A stretch of DNA of 53,581 nucleotides, taken from a bacterium. Its GTDB lineage: Bacteria > Verrucomicrobiota > Kiritimatiellia > CAIKKV01 > CAITUY01. The position numbers and the translations under genes are program-made. Below the pieces are notes generated by a model. The model did not search any database and was not told the DNA's origin. It saw nothing but the letters and a program-made list of their open reading frames with translations. Of the stretch, positions 1-8,710 are shown piece by piece; within the stretch, counting starts at the first letter, position 1, and the number at the start of each line of letters is the position of its first letter. Location: assembly GCA_037134355.1 (NCBI GenBank), contig JBAXMJ010000005.1, positions 1 to 53,581 of the forward strand, written 5' to 3'.

Positions 1-647
1 TGAAACTCATCCCATAATGACCGGAACAAGCGTAAGTCATGGGCGTGGATGTTGTGCATGACCACTCGCAAGATGGCGCCGGTTTGCAACGAGAACTGAA
101 CGAGGAATTTGATGAGCGGGAAGCCGCATCCTTTCTTTTGTGCAGAGTGCTGAGGATAGGCTTCCTGATTTTCGGCAGTGTCGGGAAGTTGTGTTGTGGA
201 TCCATCCACAACTTTAATACGCCGACCTTGTAGAGCCGTCGGTTTCGGGGCGCGTTTCTCAAGCGTCTCGCCGGTCAAGCGCATGATGGCTTCGAGTCGC
301 TCTTCCTTGAGCTTCAGTCTGCCTTGTATATAGGCTGACGTCCCCTCGTCAGGCACAGACTGGTGTTTCAATCGCCGCTCAGACTGAACGCGCCGGACCA
401 CTTCACGGCAAGCCGTGCCGGGGTTCAGCAATTGCCACAGGAAGCATTCAAGGGTCAGTCTGAAGGTGAAGATCCTCGAACGACTGTGATCTTTGGATTT
501 CTCCGGATTGAATGTGTTCGCAGGAACCAGTGCGGCAAGGCGTTCATCGAGTTCCTGCAACGTATTGCCTCGCAACTGCTTAACAGCCTTTTTGCCCATA
601 GGGCCAAGGCGACGTCTCCACTCGCGGAAATAAGGTGTATGGCTCAT
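1..647 (-). CDS. IS4-family DDE transposase, N-terminal part; runs off the left edge, so it is absent from the ORF track
   Basis: Manual translation from ATG at 647: MSHTPYFREWRRRLGP...RSRIFTFRLTLECFLWQLL...CREVVRRV...TSAYIQGRLKL...RRIKVVDGSTTQLPDTAENQEAYPQ...GCGFPLIK. Open to position 1. The DG-S/T...PDT..N...GFP motifs are typical of IS4-family transposases. Confidence 0.9.
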   Translation of the reverse strand, partial: MSHTPYFREWRRRLGPMGKKAVKQLRGNTLQELDERLAALVPANTFNPEKSKDHSRSRIFTFRLTLECFLWQLLNPGTACREVVRRVQSERRLKHQSVPDEGTSAYIQGRLKLKEERLEAIMRLTGETLEKRAPKPTALQGRRIKVVDGSTTQLPDTAENQEAYPQHSAQKKGCGFPLIKFLVQFSLQTGAILRVVMHNIHAHDLRLFRSLWDEF

Positions 648-671
648 AGGGCGGTATATATACCGCCCTAT
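646..671. promoter_or_regulatory. Perfect 26-bp palindrome ATAGGGCGGTATATATACCGCCCTAT overlapping the transposase start codon
   Basis: Read directly; it equals its own reverse complement and lies between the two divergent IS genes. Confidence 0.75.
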
Positions 672-695
672 TGACAAATATGCTAGATTATTCAC

Positions 696-1031
696 ATGAA
701 ATTCAACGAAATAGAACTGAAGCAGCAATACAAACAACTGGCCAAGGATCTGGCCAAAACTGGATGGATCAGCCACGGCTATGTGCAGGATCGTGGCCCT
801 GGTGCGGGCGGTCCCTGCTACCAATGGAGTCGAAAGGTTAGAGGAAAAACCGTTTCGGTTGCCTTATCCAAAGATCAATATGTGTGGCTCAAATCAGCCA
901 TAGAGAATTGGCGCAAAGTTCAGCAGTCTCTTAAACTTATGGAAAATATTTCACTGACCATGCTATTTAAAACAGTCCCAGACACACATCGTCGTAAACC
1001 GTTGTCAAAGAAGGTTATGGGGATTAACTAA
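696..1031 (+). CDS. DUF6788-like small basic IS-associated protein
   Basis: 111 aa with GPCYQWSRKVRGKTVSVAL...LKSAIENWRKV, a pattern typical of DUF6788 proteins next to transposases. Confidence 0.75.
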   Translation: MKFNEIELKQQYKQLAKDLAKTGWISHGYVQDRGPGAGGPCYQWSRKVRGKTVSVALSKDQYVWLKSAIENWRKVQQSLKLMENISLTMLFKTVPDTHRRKPLSKKVMGIN

Positions 1032-1163
1032 GTGCCATTCCTTCCTGTCCGTGGCGGCCCCCGACAAGTGTTCCGGAATAGCGTTCTGAGCTGACATAGC
1101 AGGTTTATCCTTGTTGCTTGTGCCATTAATGAGGCGTTTGCGTAATTCGGATCAGTCGCTCGT

Positions 1164-2990
1164 TCATGACTTCTTCACGCACACTCCATCCCGACTCATT
1201 TCAATACCCCGGATGTCCATCAGCGCACCAGCGGCGAGAGCACGAGGACGCAACACCACCGAGACCAGGCCGGCGGGTAGTTCGACCGCCCCCAGCGAGA
1301 CACTTCGGTAGTCATTCCACCCTGCCGTGGCCTGAACCACGCCCGGGATCCGGACAATGCCCTTGTTCGCCATGGCGGTGCGCACCGCCGGGTCGTCGGT
1401 TAAATGCAGTCCGCCGCAGCGGGAGGCGTTATCGCCTGGACGTTTGATTTCGAGCAGGTACGGGCTGCCGGCCAAGTCGGCGGGGCAGGCCTGGTTGATG
1501 ACGATCTCGTAGTGCCCGCTTTCCGTGACTTCGAGCAGCCACTCAGCGTGGGCCTCCGCCTGATCCCACATGCCAATGCGCCCGGGCTTTTCGGCGGCGG
1601 GGTAGAAGCGCGGGCAGCCAGGCTTCGGAGTGTAGAGTGCCGCCCATTCGGCCGTGAGCACATACCACCCGTCAGCTTCAGTCCGGATGATGCCATCCAC
1701 GACCGCCGTCCCGCGCGTCCGCACGTCGAGTATTGTCTGCGGCCAGGAGATTGCGGCGGGCGTCAGGATCACCCGCAGGTCCGTGCCCGTTTGCTCGAAC
1801 TTCAGCGTGACGCCATCGAACGTGCTCACCGCTTCAACCGGAGCCTTGACCCCGGCAAAGGTGACGGCAACTTCGCCCGTGGTGGACGCCAGCGGATCAC
1901 CCTCGGCGGAGAGTTCATCCAGCAGGCGCGTCTGTTCGGTGAGAAAGAAGTAGACGTGGTCTTCGCGTTTCAGCGTCAAGCCCAGCGGGTTGACGCGCGG
2001 GTGCAACTCGGCGCGGGCGCCGAAAAACGCACGCTCGTGCCGACGAACGAAACAGCCCAGCCCTCGCAGCGTGGCGACGGACTGCGCGTCAAGCGAGCCG
2101 TCCGGTTTCGGCCCGACATTCAGCAGAAAATTGCTGCCATGCCCGACCGTTTCCAGGAAGTACTGCCGCAGGTAGACGGGCGACTTGAAGACCGTGTCGC
2201 CCGGCACATAGCCCCAGTGGTCATTGACAGTCTCGCAGATCTCGAAGACGCCCGGATCCTGTGTGTTGAAGTTCGGGATGCCAGCCAGTGTGGGCCGGCC
2301 GCTCGGCGTCGGCACGCCGGACTTCTCGCCCACCCAGTAGTCGGCGCACATGATCGCTGCGTCGGGGTGCAGGCCGTGGATGATGCTGACCGTCCGGTCG
2401 AAATCGTAATTCAGGTTGCCGCCCGCGCCGGTGTCGAACCACATGCCGGTGATCGGGCCGTACTTCGTGCAGAGCTCGCGGACCTGGCCTTGATAATAGT
2501 CGAGGTAGCCCTGCCAGCGCTGATGCAGATAGGGGCGATGAGGTTCCCGGTCGTAAGGCACGAAGTCTGGGTGATGCCAGTCCCACAGCGAATAGTAGGG
2601 GTGGAAACCGATGCCGTGCTGGCGGCACGCCGCGGCGAGTTCGCCGATGAAATCGCGCCCCCCGGCGCTTTTCACGGTGGTGTAGTCGGTCAGCGCGCTG
2701 TCGAACAGGCAAAAGCCATCGTGATGCTTCGCGGTCATGACCACATACTTCATCCCGCACTCGGCGACCAGCCGCGCGATGGCGTCGGCATCGAATCGTT
2801 CGCCCCGGAACTGCTCGCGCAGCGCCTCGTACTCGGCGGCTGGAAGCTGCTCGCTGTGCAGCACCCACTCGCCACGCCCGAGGATCGAGTACAAACCCCA
2901 GTGGATGAAGAGGCCGAACTTGCGGTCGGCAAAGAGTTCCTGGGCGCGCGTTCCGCTAGGCATCGCTGCATGTATCTGCTGTCGAGTCAT
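1164..2990 (-). CDS. Alpha-L-fucosidase (GH29) with C-terminal beta-sandwich/CBM-like domain
   Basis: KFGLFIHWGLYS, AKHHDGFCLF, WFD nucleophile motif, LLNVGP. Confidence 0.9.
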   Translation of the reverse strand: MTRQQIHAAMPSGTRAQELFADRKFGLFIHWGLYSILGRGEWVLHSEQLPAAEYEALREQFRGERFDADAIARLVAECGMKYVVMTAKHHDGFCLFDSALTDYTTVKSAGGRDFIGELAAACRQHGIGFHPYYSLWDWHHPDFVPYDREPHRPYLHQRWQGYLDYYQGQVRELCTKYGPITGMWFDTGAGGNLNYDFDRTVSIIHGLHPDAAIMCADYWVGEKSGVPTPSGRPTLAGIPNFNTQDPGVFEICETVNDHWGYVPGDTVFKSPVYLRQYFLETVGHGSNFLLNVGPKPDGSLDAQSVATLRGLGCFVRRHERAFFGARAELHPRVNPLGLTLKREDHVYFFLTEQTRLLDELSAEGDPLASTTGEVAVTFAGVKAPVEAVSTFDGVTLKFEQTGTDLRVILTPAAISWPQTILDVRTRGTAVVDGIIRTEADGWYVLTAEWAALYTPKPGCPRFYPAAEKPGRIGMWDQAEAHAEWLLEVTESGHYEIVINQACPADLAGSPYLLEIKRPGDNASRCGGLHLTDDPAVRTAMANKGIVRIPGVVQATAGWNDYRSVSLGAVELPAGLVSVVLRPRALAAGALMDIRGIEMSRDGVCVKKS

Positions 2991-3071
2991 TGGTTTTGTC
3001 CCTTTCTTATGTCTGCTTCATACACAGCCGAATCAACGTTGGCGCCTGTGAAGGCTCTTCTGACTGACCCG

Positions 3072-5294
3072 TTAGGATTCCTGCTTTGCCGGGATCAGTT
3101 CCACATCCTTCTCGCGGCTCCCGGGTGTGACTGCCAGCCTTTCCAGTTTGCCGTTCCGGAACGTACCCTCGACGGTGGTATGGTACGGAGCGTGAAGCTT
3201 GAAATCAACATCCCAGTCCGACGGCCATGCCGGCAGCAGCAGAATGCGTTTTCCTTCTGTCTGCATGAGCATGGCCTGGACCGCCATCAGGAGATTGCCG
3301 CCGTGATCCTGATCTGGAATCCAGTCGTAATGCTTGTCCCAGAACGCGAGGAAACGACTGCCCTTGTCCTGTTCCTTAGCATTGGCAACTACCATTGACT
3401 TGACCTCATCCGTGAGGCCCAGACAGGCGGCCATGCCGGATGCCTGCTGCCAGCCGCCAAAGGATTTCTCGATACGCACGGCATACGTGTCGCGGCCGAT
3501 TTCAAGATCTTTCTTCCCAACGCCATACAGGCGGAACGGGTAGACCGGGTAGAGTTCGGGTGATTCGCAATTCCCGCGTTCGCCGAACTTCTCGGCCGGC
3601 ACGATATACTTCTTCCCGTCGCGTTCGACCATCGGCAGATCAGGAACGGCTTGCTGAAGCCGCTGCCGGCGCGCGCGTGTGGCCGCGTCGGCAGCACCGG
3701 CTGGCAACGCCAGCAGCCGCTGCACGACGGCGTGAAGGCCTGCGATATCGGGCGTCGCATTGGTGACGCCCTCTTGATAGGTCTCCACGGCCTGTGACGG
3801 AGTGATGACCAGCTTGCCGGCCGCATCGCGGGCGAACCGTGTGTCAAAGTGGAGCAGCATGGCATCCGCCCATGGGAGCAGCATTTCCTTGAGAAACTTC
3901 TCATTCTGCGTGTGTTCATAATAATCGAGCATCAGCATGGCCAGCTCAAGTCCGCTTGACCAGATCCAGCGGATGAACGGATTTGACATGTCGGAGACGT
4001 GGCGGCCTTCCCGCTGCCACCCGTAATCGCCGTTACTGAAGAGTCCCCAGAATGACATGGTCTCGGGCAGGAAGGCGCCATCGCAGTTGAACCAGATGCG
4101 GTTCCGCGCCTTCGCCAGCGGCAGAGTGTCTGTATACATCTTGAACAGCGGCATCATCAGGTCGTAATCACCGGCGGCCAGCATGGGCCAATAAGGGAGC
4201 CTGGTGTTCTGATACCAGTAGTCGCCACCCCAGGCGCGATAGTCAGGATCGGATTTAACGGTGTCGCCCTCCCGCCACTCGACGGTGAATATTGAGCCAT
4301 TGAACTTGATCGGGTACGCGCCACGTCCGCCACAGGCACTGATCCAACGCTGCAGCGTGTACGCGGCGGTAACGCGATCCGTATCCGGACTCCCGGCGAT
4401 GCGCACCCAGCTCCGGTCCCAGAAGGCTTTCCACCACTGTGCATGCAGCTGGCGGGCCCGCGGCACGGGTACGCGGTCGATGTCGCGCATGCTGGTATCC
4501 AGGAGCTGCAGCCAGTCAGCCGCCGTTGCCGTTTGGGCGGTCAGCGGGAAGATGGAGATGCCATGGGTGTGGGAGGCTTGTCCGGACTGAAGCGTGCAAG
4601 GATCCTTCTTGACCAACCCCTGGCCGATGATGGCGGCACCGAACGTACGGTTGGCCAGCGGGTCGGCCAATTGGCCCATCAGGGACTCGAGCCCTTGCAG
4701 TTTCATGCCGATCGGCCAGACGGAGTATTCGTTGCGATGATACCAGGCGAGACGGCCGGCCACGTCAGCAACGGTATCAGGCGTGATGAAGCATTGCGCC
4801 TCAGGCGGCCGGTTCGCGCCGTCAAGTCCGCTCATGTGCCAGCAACTGAACCACTCGAAGTCGTGGAAGGTGCGCTTCTGCGTTCGCCACAGTTCAAGTT
4901 TGACGGTCGCTTCGCAAGGCTGGGCGCTCTCGGTCACGACCCGGATGACCGGACGGTTGGCATCAACCCAGATCAGCAGTCTTGTGAAGGCCGGGCCTTC
5001 GCCGCATGAGACTTCTATGACGCCTTCGCGGAGTTTCAACTCCTGACGGAACGCCGCGGCCGCTCGCAGCGGGCCAGGAGACAGGCTGATCCGAACACGT
5101 CCCAGCTTGACGATGCGGCTGTTCTCATCCCATGCATCGGTCTTGCTGATCAGCAGGAGCAGATCGCCATTTTCCTCGATCCATACATTGGCCCCGATGT
5201 CGCCATTTCCGATCGGCATAGAGCCGGCTGAGTTTTTACTGGGTGTGGACCAAACGACGTTAGAATTCGACAAAACCTGATCTGTCTCATTCAT
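3072..5294 (-). CDS. DUF5703 / GH95-like glycoside hydrolase (start at 5294 preferred; ORF track gives 5369)
   Basis: SMPIGNGDIGANVW, PIKFNGSIFTV, DYRAWGG.YW.QNTRLPYW, PDQDHGG, LLPAWPSDW.V.FKLHAP. AAGGAA RBS upstream of the ATG at 5294. Confidence 0.8.
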   Translation of the reverse strand: MNETDQVLSNSNVVWSTPSKNSAGSMPIGNGDIGANVWIEENGDLLLLISKTDAWDENSRIVKLGRVRISLSPGPLRAAAAFRQELKLREGVIEVSCGEGPAFTRLLIWVDANRPVIRVVTESAQPCEATVKLELWRTQKRTFHDFEWFSCWHMSGLDGANRPPEAQCFITPDTVADVAGRLAWYHRNEYSVWPIGMKLQGLESLMGQLADPLANRTFGAAIIGQGLVKKDPCTLQSGQASHTHGISIFPLTAQTATAADWLQLLDTSMRDIDRVPVPRARQLHAQWWKAFWDRSWVRIAGSPDTDRVTAAYTLQRWISACGGRGAYPIKFNGSIFTVEWREGDTVKSDPDYRAWGGDYWYQNTRLPYWPMLAAGDYDLMMPLFKMYTDTLPLAKARNRIWFNCDGAFLPETMSFWGLFSNGDYGWQREGRHVSDMSNPFIRWIWSSGLELAMLMLDYYEHTQNEKFLKEMLLPWADAMLLHFDTRFARDAAGKLVITPSQAVETYQEGVTNATPDIAGLHAVVQRLLALPAGAADAATRARRQRLQQAVPDLPMVERDGKKYIVPAEKFGERGNCESPELYPVYPFRLYGVGKKDLEIGRDTYAVRIEKSFGGWQQASGMAACLGLTDEVKSMVVANAKEQDKGSRFLAFWDKHYDWIPDQDHGGNLLMAVQAMLMQTEGKRILLLPAWPSDWDVDFKLHAPYHTTVEGTFRNGKLERLAVTPGSREKDVELIPAKQES

Positions 5295-5385
5295 CCTGGG
5301 TTCCTTGTTGGTTTGGGTACATAGCGCACTCCGTTTTCTGCTGGAATCGTCGCTTTTCATAATTCTCATACAATAGATTTGATAA

Positions 5386-5414
5386 AACGTATATCGTCAC
5401 GGAATATCCGTCAA
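5386..5414 (-). promoter_or_regulatory. Putative sigma70 promoter for the glycosidase pair (TTGACG-17-TACGTT) with a short inverted repeat ACGGA-ATA-TCCGT over the spacer and -35
   Basis: Consensus match and 17-bp spacing read from the sequence. Confidence 0.45.
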
Positions 5415-5490
5415 GAATACTTGCGATTTTTAGGGAGGTGTGAGGTGTGAGGTGGGGCTAAGTTCAGCGATGTGGCCTTTTTGTGAACTT

Positions 5491-5656
5491 TTTGGAGTGC
5501 GGTGGCTCGACGCCGCTTTCACGCGACCGGCCAGCCCTGAGTCTATCGAAGGGCTTGACGGTCGCGGCGTTGCCAGGGCGACCCCTGTTGACTTTGAGAG
5601 GAGCAGCGCGTCAAGCCGCGCTGGAGAAAAGCGGCGTCGAGCCGCCGCACTCCAAA
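5491..5656. repeat. REP-like inverted repeat pair with a nested internal hairpin
   Basis: TTTGGAGTGCGGTGGCTCGACGCCGCTTT (5491-5519) pairs with AAAGCGGCGTCGAGCCGCCGCACTCCAAA (5628-5656): 29 bp, one mismatch. Internal CGCGACCG..AGCCCT-GAGTCTATCGA-AGGGCT..CGGTCGCG. Confidence 0.85.
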
Positions 5657-5710
5657 GCTCATGCAACCTGAAGCCGGGAATGCGGGTTTTGTGGCACCTA
5701 CACCCTGCCC

Positions 5711-5998
5711 TCACGCCATGCGGTCGAGCATGTCTAGGCTCACGGAGTAAAGGAGGGGCTCGCCCTCCTGCCAGCGGCGGAATTCCTCGATCATGGTGTC
5801 GGCCATGCGGACCACCTCGTCGCCGTGCGCACCGGCGAGATGACTGGAGAGCTGGACATTCGGTAGCTCGTAGAAGGCACTCCCCGCCGGGGCGGGCTCG
5901 GGATCGGTCCATGAACTGCACACCGTCACCCGCCTTTGCAAAAGCGCTTTTGCAAACCCTTTAACCGACCCCGCCGCATAGAACACCGCGCGCAAAGG
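5711..5998 (-). pseudogene. D-2-hydroxyacid dehydrogenase remnant with a large internal deletion
   Basis: The N-terminal-domain segment LRAVFYAAGSVKGFA..LL.R.VTV.SSW is joined directly to the C-terminal segment TDPEP...LPNVQLSSHLAG...MA. The NAD-binding middle region and the start are missing. Confidence 0.7.
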
Positions 5999-6280
5999 CT
6001 CGATGACCCATCCACCAGGTGCCGAGGCAGGCGGGCCTGTGGTTGGACTCACCCGTACCCCCTGATTTCGTGTAAGCACCGTGGGCACAGGAGCGGATCG
6101 GCTTCCCAGACCTTCTTGATGAGTTCGCGCCACTTCGCTGAAGGGATGCGGCGGGGCTTGTGGCCGGAAACATCGATCACCTCGACGGCCTTGACCACCC
6201 CGGCCTTGGCCTCCTCGGCGGTGAGCTTGGCCCGCTGGCCGCGCATCTTATTGGAGTACCACCCATAATATCGGACCAGT
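5996..6280 (-). pseudogene. IS91-like (Y2) transposase C-terminal remnant
   Basis: LVRYYGWYSNKMRG...WRELIKKVWEADPLLCPRC.HEIR, then a frame change to GVRV..TGPP...WVIEP. Confidence 0.7.
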
Positions 6281-6361
6281 AATTGCCGATTGTCGATTGC
6301 CAATTGATGATTATTGGGTGCACTCCTCCAATCGACAATCAACATTCGGCAATCATCAATT
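6281..6361. repeat. Inverted array of degenerate 7-mers: (ATTGnnR)x4, spacer, then the reverse complement
   Basis: ATTGCCG ATTGTCG ATTGCCA ATTGATG ATT ... AATCGAC AATCAAC ATTCGGC AATCATC AATT. Confidence 0.85.
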
Positions 6362-6510
6362 AAATGCCGGGTTGTTTGACCTCCATCTTCTCGATGGAGA
6401 CTCGACCAAGCATTCATGGGCGATGCGGAACGGGAAACAGGATCGTCTCGGTCAACAGGGCGCCAAAGAGGTGGTCTTTCTTCTGGTGACAAGACGGACA
6501 GAACCAGCGG

Positions 6511-7434
6511 CTAGTGGGAATCGATCCCCCAGAGCATCGTGAGACTGTGATCGAGCGTGGGCAGGATCTCGGCAAGATACTCTTCGACGGCCTTGACGCT
6601 GCCGGGGAGTGTGTAGACCAGGGCCGTCCCCATCACTCCGGCAATACTGCGGCTCAACAGGGCACTCGGAAAAGTCTGGCCGTATTTCATCCGGATGAAG
6701 TCCATGATGCCGGGGATTTCTTTGTCCAGCATCGGACGGACCGTGTCGGGCGTGATGTCCCGGGGGCCGATGCCGGTCCCCCCCGTAGTGAAAACAAGAT
6801 CCATCTTATCGGCCATACACGCCTTGAGTTCCCGGCGCAGTCCCGCCACATCATCGGGCAACAGCCTCGAGGTCACGTCGATACGCCACCGGCTGGCGGC
6901 AAAATGACGGCGAAGCGCCCCGTCAATGGCCGGACCGCTTCGGTCGGTGTAGTCGCCACGGCTGGCCCGATCACTCAAGGTGATGATCCGAACCCGCAGG
7001 TGGCCGGGACTGTGTTCCATCGTGTCGCCGGGACGGATTTCGCCGCTCTGAATGACGCGCGCAAACAGGCCCTGCTTAGGCATGATGCAGGATCCGACTT
7101 CCTTAAAAATGGCACAGCCGTCGCCGTGACACTTCTTGCCAATCTGAGTCACTTCCAACTCAACCGCCCCGATCCGGAGGCGATCTCGCAGGCAGACCTG
7201 CTCCAGATCAATACCGCTGGTGGTGATGTTTTCGGCAAACTCGCCGGGATGAAAGACACGTCCAGCCTTTTCACCAAGCCGAGCCATGCTCTCCTGGGCT
7301 AGAAGGCTGATCTGACGGTGCCAGTCCCCGCTATGGGCATCACACGAAATCCCAGTACTGTTAACCGTAGCCACTGCAACGGGATGTTTGGCTACACCCT
7401 TGGCATCCGAAATGTTGACCGATACAACCTTCAT
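6511..7434 (-). CDS. MOSC domain-MogA/MoaB fusion (Moco biosynthesis)
   Basis: N-terminal DAH...HRQISLL..E, FAENI, QIGKKCH; C-terminal ITLSDRAS.G...DRSG, TTGGTG.GPRDITPD, TLPGS. Confidence 0.9.
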   Translation of the reverse strand: MKVVSVNISDAKGVAKHPVAVATVNSTGISCDAHSGDWHRQISLLAQESMARLGEKAGRVFHPGEFAENITTSGIDLEQVCLRDRLRIGAVELEVTQIGKKCHGDGCAIFKEVGSCIMPKQGLFARVIQSGEIRPGDTMEHSPGHLRVRIITLSDRASRGDYTDRSGPAIDGALRRHFAASRWRIDVTSRLLPDDVAGLRRELKACMADKMDLVFTTGGTGIGPRDITPDTVRPMLDKEIPGIMDFIRMKYGQTFPSALLSRSIAGVMGTALVYTLPGSVKAVEEYLAEILPTLDHSLTMLWGIDSH

Positions 7435-7916
7435 GCACCCCCCACAGGAGTCTTAATCTTCTCGACCAGACGAATGTCCGTCAGCGTCATCGTCTTGTCC
7501 ACCGCCTTGCACATGTCGTAGACCGTCAGCAGCGCGACAGACACAGCGGTCAACGCCTCCATCTCAACCCCCGTCCGATCCGTGCATTTGACTTCGCTCG
7601 TAACGGCAACCCCGTCACGCCGCAAGGTAGCCGTCACGGCCACCTTTGTGAGCGGAACCATATGGCAGAGGGGAATCAGGTTCGCCGTCTGCTTCGCGGC
7701 CTGGATGCCGGCCAGTTCGGCTGTCACCAGGACGTTGCCCTTGGCAATGGTGCTGGCACGGATCAGCCCCACCGTCGCGGGCTTCAGGGCAATCCAGCCG
7801 GAGGCGGTTGCCACACGGTGTGAAAGACCCTTTGGCGAAACATCCACCATCCGGGGCCGCTGCTGTTCATCGATATGGGTCAGTTTTTTCATTGTTATCT
7901 CCATCGACCGGGTCAT
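7431..7916 (-). CDS. moaC: Cyclic pyranopterin monophosphate synthase MoaC
   Basis: LTHID...RMVDVS.K, KGNVL..A.LAGIQAAK.T..LIPLCH, TGVEMEALT, YDMCKAVD. Confidence 0.97.
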   Translation of the reverse strand: MTRSMEITMKKLTHIDEQQRPRMVDVSPKGLSHRVATASGWIALKPATVGLIRASTIAKGNVLVTAELAGIQAAKQTANLIPLCHMVPLTKVAVTATLRRDGVAVTSEVKCTDRTGVEMEALTAVSVALLTVYDMCKAVDKTMTLTDIRLVEKIKTPVGGA

Positions 7917-8710
7917 CCGCCCAGGGCATGAATCCCCATGTCGCTCCTGTTTCCGGCCTCGGGTTTGTTCTCCACGGCCAGCCGGAGCGCCGTCTCGATT
8001 CCGTGTTCACGGATGGAAAAGAAAGTATTATCAAATAGGCAGGGAAATATCCGCCCGTCGCTTGACACACGCAAGCGGCTGCAGATTTTGCAATGCCCGC
8101 CCTCACTCCCCGTGATAGGCCAGAACCGTCCGGTTTTCAAGTCCATCCGGCGAATGAAGCGCACCTCCAGGCCACTGTCCCGCGCATAATTGGCCACGCC
8201 CCGGGCATCGGACTCATCCGGCGAGTCCGTCACGACGCAGTTGAGTTTGACGGGTTGCAATCCAGCGCTCCTTGCCGCTTCGATGCCTGCGATGACCCGA
8301 CTGACATCGCCGCCCCCGGTGATATCACGGAAACGGGCGGGATCCATCGTGTCCAGGCTGATGTTGATTCTCTGCAGTCCCGCCTCACGCAGCGGCAGGG
8401 CATAATCACGCAGGAGTATGCCATTTGAAGTCATGCACAGGTCCTTGATTCCGGGAATTTCCGCCAGCATACGAACCAGATCCAGAATGCCGCGCCGCAC
8501 GAGCGGCTCGCCGCCAGTCAACCGGACTTTGGTGACGCCCATCCCGACGGCTACGGCAACCAGGGCGCGAATCTCCTCGAAGGACAGGATCTGATCCCGA
8601 CCGACAAAGGGGATTCCCTCTTCTGGCATACAGTATCCGCAACTCAGGTTGCAGCGATCCGTAACCGAGATGCGCAAATATTGAATTCGCCGGTTAAATC
8701 GGTCGAACAT
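7913..8710 (-). CDS. moaA: GTP 3',8-cyclase MoaA (compact, 265 aa)
   Basis: YLRISVTDRCNLSCGYC, RLTGGEPL, C..C.RLR...DG...PCLF, C-terminal GG. Confidence 0.93.
   Translation of the reverse strand: MFDRFNRRIQYLRISVTDRCNLSCGYCMPEEGIPFVGRDQILSFEEIRALVAVAVGMGVTKVRLTGGEPLVRRGILDLVRMLAEIPGIKDLCMTSNGILLRDYALPLREAGLQRINISLDTMDPARFRDITGGGDVSRVIAGIEAARSAGLQPVKLNCVVTDSPDESDARGVANYARDSGLEVRFIRRMDLKTGRFWPITGSEGGHCKICSRLRVSSDGRIFPCLFDNTFFSIREHGIETALRLAVENKPEAGNRSDMGIHALGG

Larger units (their letters stand above)
1..1040. mobile_element. End of an IS4-family element (transposase plus divergent passenger gene); probable terminal inverted repeat at about 1029-1040
   Basis: TAAGTGCCATTC begins at the stop codon of the passenger gene and resembles IS4-type termini. 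The other end lies outside the window. Confidence 0.6.

Noticed and set aside
1404-3398. 664-aa plus-strand ORF, and other long antisense ORFs such as 13231-14451, 22048-22965 and 35333-36370
   Set aside because: They are shadows of well-supported genes on the opposite strand in GC-rich sequence and show no family motifs.
5935-5956. Perfect 22-bp palindrome TTTGCAAAAGCGCTTTTGCAAA as an operator or IS91 origin
   Set aside because: It lies within the dehydrogenase-derived coding remnant (FAKALLQ) and has no nearby promoter or gene start, so no function can be supported.
5430-5964. ORFs 5430-5921, 5440-5964 and 5483-5671 as real genes
   Set aside because: They are translations of the REP-like repeat and pseudogene fragments.
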